DNA from: a virus
Reading direction: 5' to 3' (one strand)
IMG/VR virus record: IMGVR_UViG_3300042894_002769
Span: 1-64,000 of that record
DNA: 64,000 bases
Shown here: piece after piece, positions 1-13,700 of the stretch
Layout of the letters: each line of letters begins with the position of its first letter
Position numbering within the stretch: position 1 is the stretch's first letter
Program-made: the position numbers and the translations under genes
Notes under the pieces: generated by a model
What the model saw: only the letters and a program-made list of their open reading frames with translations
What the model was told of the DNA's origin: nothing
Databases searched by the model: none

Positions 1-1722
1 ACCTAGTGTTACACGCGGTAACTCATTAAAAACATATTCAATATCTATAATATCACATCGTTTTTTAAAAAACGATAATAATCTGTCAGTTACAGATTGC
101 ATTGCTGTCTGCGATATTAACAAACTCTCAAACTGAACTCGAAGTGCTTGTGGGTGACGCGCTTTGACATTCAAATCAGCGGATTCTTGGACTAAGCTAT
201 CTTGCGCTACAGTAGCTTTCCACGCAGCAGGTGTCGCACCGAGAACATCAGATTGTACTGTATAATTTTTAGCATAGTGAGCCAATACCGAATAGTACGG
301 CAATCCATTTTCAGCAACACCATTTGAACTTCTTGTCACACTGCTACCAATAACTCGATAAAAATTTAAAGTTAAATCAGGTGTAGTGGACGGCTCTTGA
401 AAAAGAGCAGCTGTGACTTGGTTGACATTATATGTACTGTTATCTGCTAATGAGTCACCAAACCACCAGTAAGCACCACATGATTTACAAATATTATCAA
501 GGACTGCTCTGATGGTTATGTCTTTGTCAATGTACAAACCAATTGAACCGACTGTATTTAACTTCGTTACCGATGTCGCACTTGTTGTCACAGTGTAGGT
601 GCTGGTCAACGTAACAGCTGAATCATAACCGTCGGCTGTGATAATTCCGATTGGGATTTCCCCAAATGGGTACTCACTATCAATAGCCGGAGTTATGCGA
701 ATGTTACCTTGGTATGAGCCAAATGTTCCTGCTGGCGGTGCGGTATTATTAAACTCAGTCAATGAGTTGTAAGTAATACCTCTGTCTATTTGTGTACCGC
801 TATCGTAAACAGCATTTATCGTCATAGCGGTGCTTACCGACAATGAATATTTATGTGTCACGTTATCTGTTATTACAGGTTGTTCATTGATAACTGATTG
901 AGGTGTTGAGAATGTGATACTGTCACAAACCTTTTTAAATACATCACCAGCAAGACTGACTGTATCGGTAGCATTGCAGGTTATTTGTTGTACTGCCATC
1001 GTGCCTAATCTGAAGTAACCTTGGAATCGGTCAAAAGTTCCAGCAGCAGGATTAGTGGCTACTAAATTTGCAAGTGATGTGTGCGTCGTACCTAATGTTA
1101 TTGCGACACCTTTATCGTAAACGCTAGTCACAGTTGTTGTGGTCAAATCACTAACTTGATAAATACCAAGTGTCGCATAACATAATACTGGCGTGACATT
1201 AAGCACTGTTCCATATACTCTAGGTTTAACATTTCCTTTGATGTCAGAAGTTAAACCTTCTGTCGCACCTGTGCCTAAATAGCGTGTAACGGCTAACGGC
1301 AAATCTAACGATTCGGATAACGACTTTAGCGTCAATTGTAAATCATTTCCTGATTGATACATTCTTGTCACAATACCTTTAAACCATGTTGTGACAACAC
1401 CTGATGGCGATACTAATTGTAATGTACATTCACGACCATCAAATGCGTAATCGATTAGGTAATTTAACTTACCGTCAATATTGGTCAAAATCATCTCACC
1501 AATGGACGGTTGGTTCATAGCTTTGATGATACCACCATCGTTCCCTGAAATGACCACACGAGCAGGCTGACGCATTCTAGGTTGGTAATATCGACCTGTC
1601 GTTGCGTCTTTGTAGCCTTTATCGCTGAAATATAACATCACGGGGTTATTGGAAGCATCTAGCGCATTGATAGTTGCTATCCAATCCCCTTGTAACTGAC
1701 TAACCCCAAATTGTTGTGTCAT
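1..1722 (-). CDS. Tail protein downstream of tape measure (distal tail/tail-tip type); 3' end runs off the window
   Basis: Not in the ORF track. Open frame from ATG at 1722 (ATGA overlap with the TMP stop) to position 1: MTQQFGVSQLQGDWIATINALDASNNPVMLYFSDKGY...YLGTGATEGLTSDIKGNVKPRVYGTVLNVTPVL...; position and KPRVYG motif typical of tail proteins following a TMP. Confidence 0.75.
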   Translation of the reverse strand, partial: MTQQFGVSQLQGDWIATINALDASNNPVMLYFSDKGYKDATTGRYYQPRMRQPARVVISGNDGGIIKAMNQPSIGEMILTNIDGKLNYLIDYAFDGRECTLQLVSPSGVVTTWFKGIVTRMYQSGNDLQLTLKSLSESLDLPLAVTRYLGTGATEGLTSDIKGNVKPRVYGTVLNVTPVLCYATLGIYQVSDLTTTTVTSVYDKGVAITLGTTHTSLANLVATNPAAGTFDRFQGYFRLGTMAVQQITCNATDTVSLAGDVFKKVCDSITFSTPQSVINEQPVITDNVTHKYSLSVSTAMTINAVYDSGTQIDRGITYNSLTEFNNTAPPAGTFGSYQGNIRITPAIDSEYPFGEIPIGIITADGYDSAVTLTSTYTVTTSATSVTKLNTVGSIGLYIDKDITIRAVLDNICKSCGAYWWFGDSLADNSTYNVNQVTAALFQEPSTTPDLTLNFYRVIGSSVTRSSNGVAENGLPYYSVLAHYAKNYTVQSDVLGATPAAWKATVAQDSLVQESADLNVKARHPQALRVQFESLLISQTAMQSVTDRLLSFFKKRCDIIDIEYVFNELPRVTLG

Positions 1723-4700
1723 GCGTAAGCCGCTTCCTTAGATGTTTGTTTGATTGATTCAAGTGACATATTTTGTGAATGTGCCTGTTCAATTAATTGT
1801 TTGAAACCTTCTTGAAGAATATCATTTTGAGCTTTCAATATTTTATTCTGAAGTTTCATTTCTACAATTTCTTCTTCACATTTTTTCTCATACGAATCGT
1901 TATTTGCAGCTTGAGTTTTAACTACGGCTCTCACACCAAGACCAGAACTTGTTTGGGTCAATGGCATGATAGCTTCAGAACCTGCTTCGCCCATCATACC
2001 GATGTTAAAGGTAGTTGGTTTCGATACAATACCGTTAGTGAATGCACCACCGTCAGCAAACATTCGCATCGTACCACCGCCCATATTGTATCCCGTCAAC
2101 GTATAATAATTTTGAGCTGTGGACTTAGCAGTTTTTAATGCTTCATTGTAATAACCAAGTGCTTTTTTGTATTCATCAGTAGCAGAAGTTTTCTTAGACC
2201 CTTGCTTAGAACCAGTTTCATACGCTGATGTATTCACCATATCGATTTCTCTTTCTAAATCTTGATAAGGTGTAATTTCCATATCGATTTGTTTATCATG
2301 TGTGGCATTGTAACCAAGTACCCAACTTAAATTTTTATTGTAAGTGCTATTTGGGTCATTGAACACATTATACATTTTAGCACCAATATCAATAGCTGAT
2401 TTTTCAGTTGTTTTATAAGCACCAGTATCTTGCCACTTTTGAACATCACTTGCTTTTGAAACTGACGATAAGTAATCCTCGATACCCATATTACTTAGAC
2501 CGATATAGTTTTTCTTATTACGAGTTTCATTTTTAGCTGGAATGTAGGCTTCAATTTTGGCATTGCCTGTTGAGAATAAATCAATAGCATTTTGAACTTC
2601 GCCAGCTTTTGTAAGCATTGAATCAAAACCTGTAATCATGTTCAACACTTCCGTGACAGCAGTTTTAATTGCTGTAGTTAACGCATCAATAGTCGATGTG
2701 CTAATAGCAGGTATTTGGATATTGAATACAATTTTATCTGCTGCCATGTCTTTGACATTTTCAACTTTACCAAGAGCTTCATTGGATAAATTATCAATGT
2801 TGACAGCTAGTCCAACTTTGATATTTTTAATCGCTTTTGTTAAATTTGCAATTTCAGTATTCAAATCAGAACTTGCGCCAGATTTAACTTGTAAGCCAAC
2901 ATCGGCATAAAGGTCATTTATGTCAGAAACCTCTTTAGCAAGGTCAGCTTCAGAACTTGACGATACGTCGAAGTTCTCAATCGTTGCATTGACGCTTGCA
3001 GATAAATCACCAAATCGTTTCAACTTGGCATTAAGCGCAGCCACATTCGCGTCACTTGGATTTAAGACGACGTTGTTAATATCTGCTTGAATGCCAGTCA
3101 ATGCTAATTTCAAACTACTTATCGCAGCTGTTTTTGATTCAGGTGATATTTTAGCCGTAGCCACAGCTTCAACAGAGCTAAACGCTCTTTCTAATGAATC
3201 GATAGCTATATTCTGACTGTCAGCATTGATACTACTTTCAACAAGTGATTTAACTGTGCCAAAGGTACTTGTCATTTCTTTTGATGCCGCTAATTTTGTC
3301 TTAGGGTCAACATTAGAAGTAATCAATACATCAACAGCGCTGAATGCTTTTTCAAGCGCATGGAGAGCCTTAGCTTGGCTTTCAGGTGCAATTTCAACTG
3401 TAATCAAGTCAGTCATTTTTCCAAATGCTGTTTTTAATTCTGATACCACCGATGCTTTAGCACCATCATCCAAATCGCTTATGATAGTAGCTTTAACAGC
3501 GCTAAATCCACGTTCCAATGCAATTAACGCTGCGTCTTGTGTTTTTTCATTTATGTCAGGATTTACTGATGCTATCACACTTGAGAACGCACTTGTTAAT
3601 GTGCTGAATGTTGATTTAATTGTAGCTGGACTTGCTTTCGAATTGATAGTAGCTTCAATCGAGCCAAATGCAGTGTCAATTGCTTTTTCAGCTTTTGCTT
3701 GCAACACTGGGTTAACCATAGGTGCAATATCAGCTGTGATTGTTTTGAATGCTACTTTTAATGTATTACTAGCTTCAGTTAAAGCACTGCCATTTAGATT
3801 CGCATTCACTATTGCAGGAATCGCTGCAAAAGCTTTATTGAGTCTAGTCAAAACATCAGCTTTTTTAGATTCACTCAATGTACTTTCGATAGTTGCTTGA
3901 ATATGGTCAAAGGCTGAGTGCATAGTACGCACAACTTCAGACTGTGATGCTGTTGACAATGTTGTGAATACTTTAGAATCAATCACAGCAAAAGTTTTTG
4001 TCAAACTATCTCTTAATTTTGTAGTAGTTGCTGGATTATCGGCAATAGTGATTCTTCCGATAAACGCACTGAATCTTTCACGGAGTGTTACCATCATTTC
4101 AACTAAACTTGAACCGCTTGCGGTAACAGGTACTCTATATGAACCTTGTGCAAGAAAGTCTTTAATACTTTGAGAAACACTACGCAATGAACTATCGGTA
4201 ACATTTAATCCAGTTATCTTAGCGCTCAAACCTGTCAATTTATCGACACTTTGTTGTAAACGTGCAATTAAATCTTTGTCATTTGGATTCACTTTTAAAT
4301 CTTTAACAATACCTAAGACTTCAGCTTGCAATGTATCAAATGTATCTAAATCAGCTTGTAATTGAGCAATATTTTCAGGAGTTGGTGTTGCTCTCACATT
4401 CTTGATTTCAAAGCGTAATGCTGAGAATGCTGTGGTCAACGCATTTAAAGTTTCTTCTTGTTTAGTAGTATCAATCCCAACACTAACTATGGCATCAATC
4501 GTTGTAACAAGACCTGTATCAGAACCAATAGCTTGAATAAATTTATTTAAGAATGCCGCATCACTAGCTGATGCACCTTCTACCATTTTTGTTGTTTCCA
4601 GCATTACGGATGCTTTTGCATCAACTGCCAATTTACTTTGAGTCACAGAACCTAAATTAGCTATCGATGCTGCTAAGTTATCAATAACTTTTGTAGTCGC

Positions 4701-7700
4701 ATCTTCAATACCAGCAAATGTAGGTTTAGTATAAATGCCTACTTTAATCAATTTTAACTCAGCAAGCATGGCTTGTTGAACATCGAGCGCTTCAGGTAAA
4801 GAAGTCACCTTATCGATAACTTGCTGTTGTAAATCAACACCTGCTTTACTAGAGCCATAGAAGTTTTTAATTGCTCCTAAGTACGCATCAGCAACACTTG
4901 TGATTTTAGATTGTGCTATTTCTTGGTCAGCAGTTGATATAGGATTTGTGATACGCAACATTGTTTTTGAATATTGCATAGCCGCTGCATCCAACTGTGA
5001 CTTAGTTGAGCCAAGTGATGTGATTTTAAGACCTGTCGCCCAATCAGATAATGATTTCTTAAACGTAGTCGCAGTATCATTTGCCGCTTTTGATGCGTTA
5101 TCCATAGCATTTTTTAAATCTGATGCTGCACCCATTAAGGTAACTAATGTTGCATCGAGTGGGTTATTACGGAATGCTTTAGTTGCTTCATCGAGTGTTT
5201 TGAATGTAGTTGATTTCAAGATAGTATCAACGCGAGCTTGCGCTACGTCAATTTTCATTTGAGCATATTCGCTAGATGTCATTGCATATTTCTTAGCTTT
5301 ATCAACAGCAGTAGCGGCTTTATCGATACCACCTAGCGCATCAACAAAGGCTTGTGCCCGCGCTCCAAAATCATCCTTGCCTGCAAAAATATTACTAAGT
5401 TTTTGGCTCGCGTTGATAAACATTTCAAAGACAAGACCCATTGAATTTTGAACTTCTTGGGTTGCTTTTTGTAATTGCAGTGCTTTATCGGCATCATACG
5501 CTAATTGTGCTTTTTGAATATCTTTATTGGCAGAAGCAATACCCGCTTTATCTTTATTCTGAGTTGCAACAATCAATGCGTTATTGGCGGCATCAAGCGC
5601 TTTCTTAGTATCAGTCGTGTATTTATCAGCAACCGCATTGATAGTAGTCAACGCATAAGTTAAATCACCTGTACCTATCACACCATAGTCTTGAGCTGTT
5701 CCAGCAACTGACATACCACCTTGTTTAAATGCGGCTATTAAGTCAGGTAACGATGAGCGTGAAATTTCTTTGTTAGCAGCATCTTTACCCATTAATTTTT
5801 GAGTTGTTAAAAACGCATTTGTTGTATTATCGATTTTTTGCATCAAATCAGTCTGCGCTTTACTAACCACATCAGTTGGTGAATATTTACCAGTTATGTC
5901 AAGAAGATTTCTGTTTCTATACTCAGCGGTAAATGCTGATGCCAATTGTTTCATACCCGCAACATTAGCCGCATACGCATCTTTGTCAGCTGACGTATAG
6001 GTCATCACCCAAGGCTGATTTACAAATTCTTTTGGTAATGTTTTTAATGCAGCAGTGACAGCTTTCACACTTCCGTAGTTTAAAGTTTCAATAGTTGTCA
6101 ATTGCTTTTCAGTCAACCTTGGTAAAGTATCAAAGAATTTTTGGAATAATGGTAAATTACTTTCAACTGGGTTTAAGTTTGTAGTATCACGGACGTATGA
6201 CTTATTACCATAAACATCGTTTTTACCATAAGTTAAAATACCTTTAGTTGTATCCATACCCAATTTATCAACAGTTGTTGGGTATTTTGTCAAACTTGCT
6301 GGCGCTTCAGTGATACCGCCTGCTTGTAGTTTATCGTAAATTTTATTAATTTCAGTACCACTTCTCACAAATATGTTATGCGCAACATCCGCAAGCGAAC
6401 TTGTGTATTGCAGTGCTTGCGCAATTGACATTTTATATGCGTTAACAATAGTATTTACAATACCTGCTGTTTGCGAAATATCTTGTTGAGATGTTGTCGA
6501 TTTGCCAGTTGTTGTCGCATTAGCAGCATCACCAATAACAGCTGTATTTATTTTCTTCTTGGCAAGAATATCCATCACAATGCCAAGTTTTATAAACTGC
6601 TCGTTAATGGCAGACAAGCCGACTGTCGAATCACTAATGGCTTTAAATGTTTCATCCGCCATTTGCTGAACAGTCTTTTTACTTTTGACCATATCACCAA
6701 GTCTTTTTTGAATAAACTCTAAAACACCGATAGGTGATTCAGTTGCCATTTTTTGTAGAATGGTGGTTGTTTCAATTGCTTGGGTTTTAGTATTTGTAAT
6801 CTGTTTACTTTCAGTTAAAGCTAGTATCACAGATGTTGTATATTCTTTTGGTAAATTTTTAATAAATACAGATAGCCAGCCGCCAACTTGTCTACCAGCT
6901 TCAGTGTTCGTTTTCTGCAAATTAGTCACAACACTATTGAAAAGCCAGTTGGTCATTTTCATAGCATCAAAGCTACTTGATTCGACACGTTTCATCGTAG
7001 CGCCAATATTTCTAAAGATACCTCTTGTATAATCTTCACTATTACCAAGCGCTTTATCAACAGTGCCGACAACATTACCAATCGACTGTAACGTGTTACC
7101 AACTCGCGTAACAAATTCTTTTTCTTGCTTTGTGATGGCGTAATCCAAACCTTGCGTTCTGCCATAATAAACATCACCCATATTTGTTGACATCGCAAGA
7201 ACACGATTTTCTTTGCTAACTTTATTAACAGTCGGTGCTTGAACGTCTGCGTATTTAGATTTGCCATTTTCACCAATGGCATTCATACCTTTAGATATGA
7301 TAATACCGAAATCAATTTTCTTTTGATGTTCAAAAAGACTACCAATTAATTTACCAATCATATCGCCAATAATGATACCAAGTAGCGTGCCGATTCCCGG
7401 AAGTAAAATTGTCCCAATAATTGCGCCAGCCATCATTCCTACCATACGAGAAATATTCATAGGCGTGAAACCATCTTTGATGACACTCATAGTCGTACTA
7501 ATCACAGATGCTGCTGCGGCAATTCCTAGTAATACAGGATTCATCGACGCAATAGTTGACCCCATTGTTGCAATACTTGCTGCAAATGCGACATTACCGA
7601 GAGCATCGATGACACCAATTGTTTTACCCATAACGCCATCTAACTTATCCCAACTAGTTGCCAAAGAGTACGCTTCAATACCTAGTGACGCGACAAATCC

Positions 7701-10700
7701 GATTGTTGAAAGTAATGAGCTAGATAAACCTTTTGATGCTTTTGCAGCACCATCAATAGCTGTTTTAGTAGATTCAAATGTAGGTGTGATTGCATTACCG
7801 ATAGCATTGCTTAAATTAGTTGACGCATTTGTACCTAATGCTGCACCAGTTCCAGCAACACCCGCAGCCGATGTTCCCGTTGTAATAGCATTAAAAGTAG
7901 CAGGCGTTATCGCACTGCTAACTGCCGTATTTAAACTCGCAATAGCAGCGGACGATGCTTGTATTGATAGATTGCTTGCCACAGCAGCACCACTTGTCAA
8001 ACCTAAGTAGTCGGTCACAGCTGCGTAGCCTGCTTTCACAGTTTCCGTGATTGGCGCAAGGCTTTCTTTAAATGCTGTGTACGCTGATTTAATCGCGCTC
8101 ATTGTTTCAGGGAAATATGCTTGCAATGTGTCGCCAGCAAATTTAGAAATTGCATCAGATTGTTTATACATCAAACTGAAACCTTTTCCTAAGCCATCGC
8201 GCAAATCTTTATTAAACTGAGTTGCTTCCTTACTGTAAATTAAAAAGTCCATATTTGCCACAGACATATCAACTGCTTGCATTGAACTTGCATCAGCAGG
8301 TATTCCATTTGGATAGTCTGAAGTCATTGATGTTTGTGACGTATTTAGTTTAGGCTCTGCTTTAGACAGTCCCATATAAGTACCGATAGCGACAGCTCCA
8401 GCAAGTGCTGTCAAACTACCGCCCATTGAGAATCCTTCGCCACTCAATCCTGAAAATAATTGTTTAACAATACCTTGAGCAATGAAATCCATAGCTGCAC
8501 CAATCATTCGATTGAGCATTGATTTGAACATGTCACCAAGTGCTTGTGTCGCAGTTTTACCTTGTACCAACATGTCGGTAAACATAGTCGATAATGATTG
8601 CGACAAGTTATCAACACCAAGACCTGCTTTTTCGATAAAGCCAAGCATTTCTTTTTGGTCTTGTAACTGAATAATATTTTGACCAGCTTTTGAATCAGCT
8701 GTCACACCTTTTGTTTTTAGAAGGTTTGCTGTTTCTACAGCTTTAGCTCCTTTTAATAAAAGTTCTAGTTGTTTCTCATTAGCAAGTGTCAAATCATCTT
8801 CAACAGTTGCTTGTGATTTTAAAAGTCCCATCAATGCAGATTGTTCAGATGAAATTTTAGTTTTTAGCAACGCTACTTTTTCATTGGCATCGAGAATATC
8901 TCTTTCGTACTCAAGTAATATTCTTTCATTCTCAGGACGTTTTAAATCTCTAATGTTTTTTTGTTGCTGAACCATGTCGGCTAACAATGCTTCTTGTTCA
9001 CTTAATGATGACGTATCTGAAAGCATCATTCCTTGAATTGGTGCAATGGCAAAACCACCTTTGTTTTTAGCTAACGCTGCGAGTTCAACTTCATTTTGTA
9101 ATTTTGCTTTAGCATTGATTAAAACCATTTGCGCTTCATAGGTACGTTTTTCCGCAGCTAGTTTGGCATCAAGACCCTTTATGTATCGGTCACTGGCTTC
9201 TTTTTCTATTGACTCTTGGTCATTAATTAAACTTCTTAATGTCGCTAGGCGTTTTTTGCCTAATTCAAAATCAGCTTGTTCTTCTTTGGTTTTAATAATA
9301 CCCGCTTTTGACGATAGCTCAGTCATCAAGGTGTATTCTTCAGTCAGCAATTTAGCAAGTGCTTCAGATTGACCTGAGAAGTCAGGTACAAGTGCTTCTT
9401 TAGTAACTTTCTTATATTCACCAGCAAGACTTTGAATTTGAGCGATTACTTCAGGTGCAAGTTTACCTTCTTTGCCAGCGGCATATTGTTGGTAGTATTG
9501 TAATACTTGCGGAATGTAATTTTTAGTTTCAGCTGGCACACGCGATAAATCATTACCGACTTTTGCAAAATTCCCAGTACCGAAATTGTAACCAGCAAGT
9601 GCTTTTTTAACATCACCGCCAAAAGTATTTAATACTTCAGATAATATTTTTACACCAGCACGAATATTCTGTTCGATATTTTTAGGGTCGGTAATACCAT
9701 ACGCATCAAAATTAGATGGCTTAATTTGCATTAAACCAGTTGCACCAGATTTATTATGAGCGTTTACTTTCCATTGTGATTCTTGCTCAATCACAGCTTT
9801 AACTAAATTAGTGTCAACTTTAAACTTAGCCGCATAAGTATCAATATACCCAAGAACCTCTTTTGTCGTTGTTGCAACGCGAGGTGTCACAGTTTTAGCA
9901 TCGATTTCTTGAACAGCTAAATCATAAGATTCGACCATTGCTTTTTTGAAACCGATATTATATTTTTTGTACATCGATTCCATCATTTTATTTTGTGATT
10001 CGACGTACTGTAAATTTGATTCTTGAAGTCTTGGTAGAGTTTCTTTGAAGTTTTCTAGTTCTCTTTGTAGCTGTGCGCTTTTTTCTTCCATTTTTTGTAA
10101 GTCAAAGGCTTTGCCTGCATCAGCAGCAACGCTTGCCATACCTTCCTGTAACGCAACTCCGCGCATGTAATTAGAGCTATTTTTAGAACCAAGGTCATTT
10201 AAATTACCTTCTCTAACTATTCTCAAAATGTCAGCTACTTTAAAATTACTTTCACCAGTAGTTGTGCGAATTTTACTTTCATATTTTTTAGCAAATTCAT
10301 CCTGTGCTTTTGAAATAGCTTCTTCACGAGCAGGCATTGCCTTTTGATACAACTTGTAAGTTTCTTCTTCGATTGCTAAAATTTTTGCATTTGTTGCAAC
10401 TTGTTGGTTAAGAATTCTTTGACCTTCAAGTAATTTTTGTTCGTAAGTACCTTGATATTTATTTAACTGGTCAAGCAAACCGATTGCTTCAAGTTGTTTT
10501 TCAACTTTCGCCATTTCATTTTTGGCATCAACGTCAGCTTTGTTTTTATCATATTCACTTTTTAATCCAGCTACATTATTGTTAGTTTCACCAGACATTG
10601 CTCTAGCCATTAGTTGTGGCATTGAGTGAAAACCAAACCCATAATCGCTAAAAACACTTTTACTTTTTTGCATTTCATTAAATTTTTCTTGAACAAAAGT

Positions 10701-13700
10701 GATTGTGTTTTTCAATCCTTCAAATTCAGCAGAAATTAATTTAAATGTTTTAACAATTGGATTTTCGGATTCATCAAATGTTTTCCAAAGCGCTTCCCAA
10801 CTTGCATTAATACCTGTGATAGCATCGGTGTTAGTATTTTTAAATGTATAAATAGCAGTACCAAGACTTGCAACTAATCCAATAATCATCATTATCGGAT
10901 TACGCGATAACGCCATATTCCAAAGATTTACAAGTAGTGTGCTGCCTATCACAGCAGTTGAAAATACACCAATGCCAGCACCAAGTGATATTACAACAGA
11001 ACCGAGTGTGTCAAAATTATCAGCAAGTTTTCTAGCTAACTCGGCAAAGTCTTTACTGACACCACTAGATTCATTTAGTTTACCTAGATATCTAGTAAAC
11101 GCATTTTCGATAATTGCAAAACTTTGACCAAAGGTTACTTCAACATCTTTTGATAAAGCATTCAACTCATCTTTGGCACGAAGTAATGCTTCGGCATAAA
11201 CAGCTGAGTACATTTTTCCTTGAAGCATCAATTCACGACCTTGTGGCAAACTCATCACAAGACCTTTATGTGCTTCAACATATTTTTCTAAAGCCGCACT
11301 TCCGCGTTCAAGTCCTTCTTCGTTCATCCCTTTAAGCGCTGCTTTTGCTTCGTTGTAATGCTTGATTGCCACTTGCATCACAATTGGGATACCATCGTTG
11401 ATAGACTTAAATTCTTGACCACGAACAACAACACCACCAAGTGCTTGCTCTAACTGCAATAATGCACCACGAGCATTTTGCGTATTTAAACCCATAATCA
11501 TCAAGGCTTGACCAAGTTCTTTGGTCAAAGTCATTGCCTTATCGTTACCCATACCCATTGCTTCAACAGCTCGTGACATACGACTAAACAATGTCGCAGT
11601 ACCTTCAAGCGATGTGCGGGTATCTTGTGATATTTTAAATACTTCATCGACTTTCATTTCGACAAGCATTTTTCGCTGTTCGGCATTTAATATTTCGGTT
11701 GCGCCAGTCACACGCTCTAAGCCATCTACCATTTGGTGCATAGCAACTTTTACCATTGATACAAAGTGCATCCAATGGTCAGCATATTCTAATAATTGTC
11801 TTGCTGATAAATAAACACCTAGTTGCATCAATACATTAGTCACCATACCCATTGTATTGTGTACCATACCCATTGCTGTATTTAAACCAGAATGTGCTTT
11901 GGTGTATTCTTGTAGTATTGAAATATCTTCACGCGATGTCACAAAGGCTTTACCTTGTGATAGCATTTGACCACGTTCTTCACGCTGTCTTTTCATATCA
12001 GCGTAATGCGCATTGTCTTGTATTTGTTGGATTTCAGCTTCTTTGATAATGTCTGCTTTTCTAAGTTCAAACATTTCTTTTTCGTTAGCAACACGATGTG
12101 CCATTGCAGCTTCAAAGCCGCGTGCTTCAGCTTCAGCTGCTAGTTGAATATTTCGTAGGATTGATTCTGTGACAATTTTATTTTCATTGATTTGAGCGTT
12201 GCCTATTTTTACAGCAGCATCAATTTTATAGCGTTCTTCAATAGTAGTGGATTCGTTAATCATTGACAGCATTCTTGATATTGAACCTTGTTGCAATGTT
12301 TCAATTCTATGAATGGCATTTTCACGAGTAGCAATGTCTTTTGCTGTCACAGCTGCATTTAATTTTTCTTGTTGCGACGCCATCATTTGCTGATACTTTT
12401 CAATCTTAGCAAGTTCGACAATAGTTTGGTCAGCAATTGCGCCTGTTGCCATTTGTGGAGGTATCGCAACGTAATTCTGTGGCTCTTTATATTTCGCGTA
12501 ACCTTGAGCCGTCATTCCTGCATTTTGCATAAGGAACTCGGCTTCTGACATTGATTTACGAGCTTGGAACAACTCATTGTACATTTTAGTCATTTCTGAC
12601 ACTTTGGTACGTTCTGCGTTTAATTCAGCATTCCGATAAAATTCTTGTAACGCTGCTTTTTCAGCAAGCATTCGTTTTTCGTGTTCAACAAGTGTGTTGT
12701 CAACAGCAAACAACGCATCATACATACGAGTCATTTCGGAAACACGCATTCTTTCAGCATTCAAATCAGCTTGTCGATTAAAGTTACGCAAAGATTCTTC
12801 TTCACTTAATCTACGCTGTTCCATTTCAAGTAACATTGAATTCAATTCACTACGTTCTTTACGAACATTTGCTAATCGTTCTGCATCTTTTTGAGCAGCT
12901 GATTGTTTAGCAGATTGTTCTGCTAATAATTCCTTTTCTTGCGCATCAAGTAGCTTTTCAAATTCAGCAATACGCTCACCCATCATAAACTTATCACGAT
13001 TAGCGTCAGCCTGACGATAAAAATCCCGTAACTCATTTTGTTTTGTACCAAGTCTTTCTTCAGATTCCATCACAAGTTTGAAGCGTTCATCAAGTGCTTT
13101 CTTCTCAGCTTCTTTTAAAACAGCTGCTCCATTAGGAACAAGGTTCTGACTTGTAGTACCACCAGTAGTACCAGTGCTTTGCAAACCACCGTAGGAATAA
13201 TCACCACGTTTAAATACTTCAGATTGGTCAGGATATGCTGCCATAGATAAACCAGCTGGCATACCGTTGTATGTTCCACCAATCGCACGTCCACCAGACC
13301 CAGTTACACCTGCGCCCAAATTAACAAACGATTTTTCTTTTTGCTCTAGTACCGCAAGTGCTTCAGTACGTTTATTTGTTTCAGCTACTATAACTGCTGT
13401 TTTTTCTTGCTCGACTGATTTAACAATATCAACAGTTTCTCTACGCGCAGTGGCTTCTGCTTTCAAGCCGCTTTCAATTGCTTTAGTTGCTTCGTTTGTT
13501 GAATTGATTATCACATCAAGCGACAACTGTGCTGAAGATGCAATTTCTTTATTTGTGGCTTTTGCATTATCTGTGATAGCTTTTGAAGACTTAGTTAATG
13601 CTGAATCTAATTGACTTTGCATTGACTCAATATTACGCAATGTTTCTGTCACGGAAGATTGAATATTGGCAAAATTGGATGTTATTTGTTTGTAGGCTTT

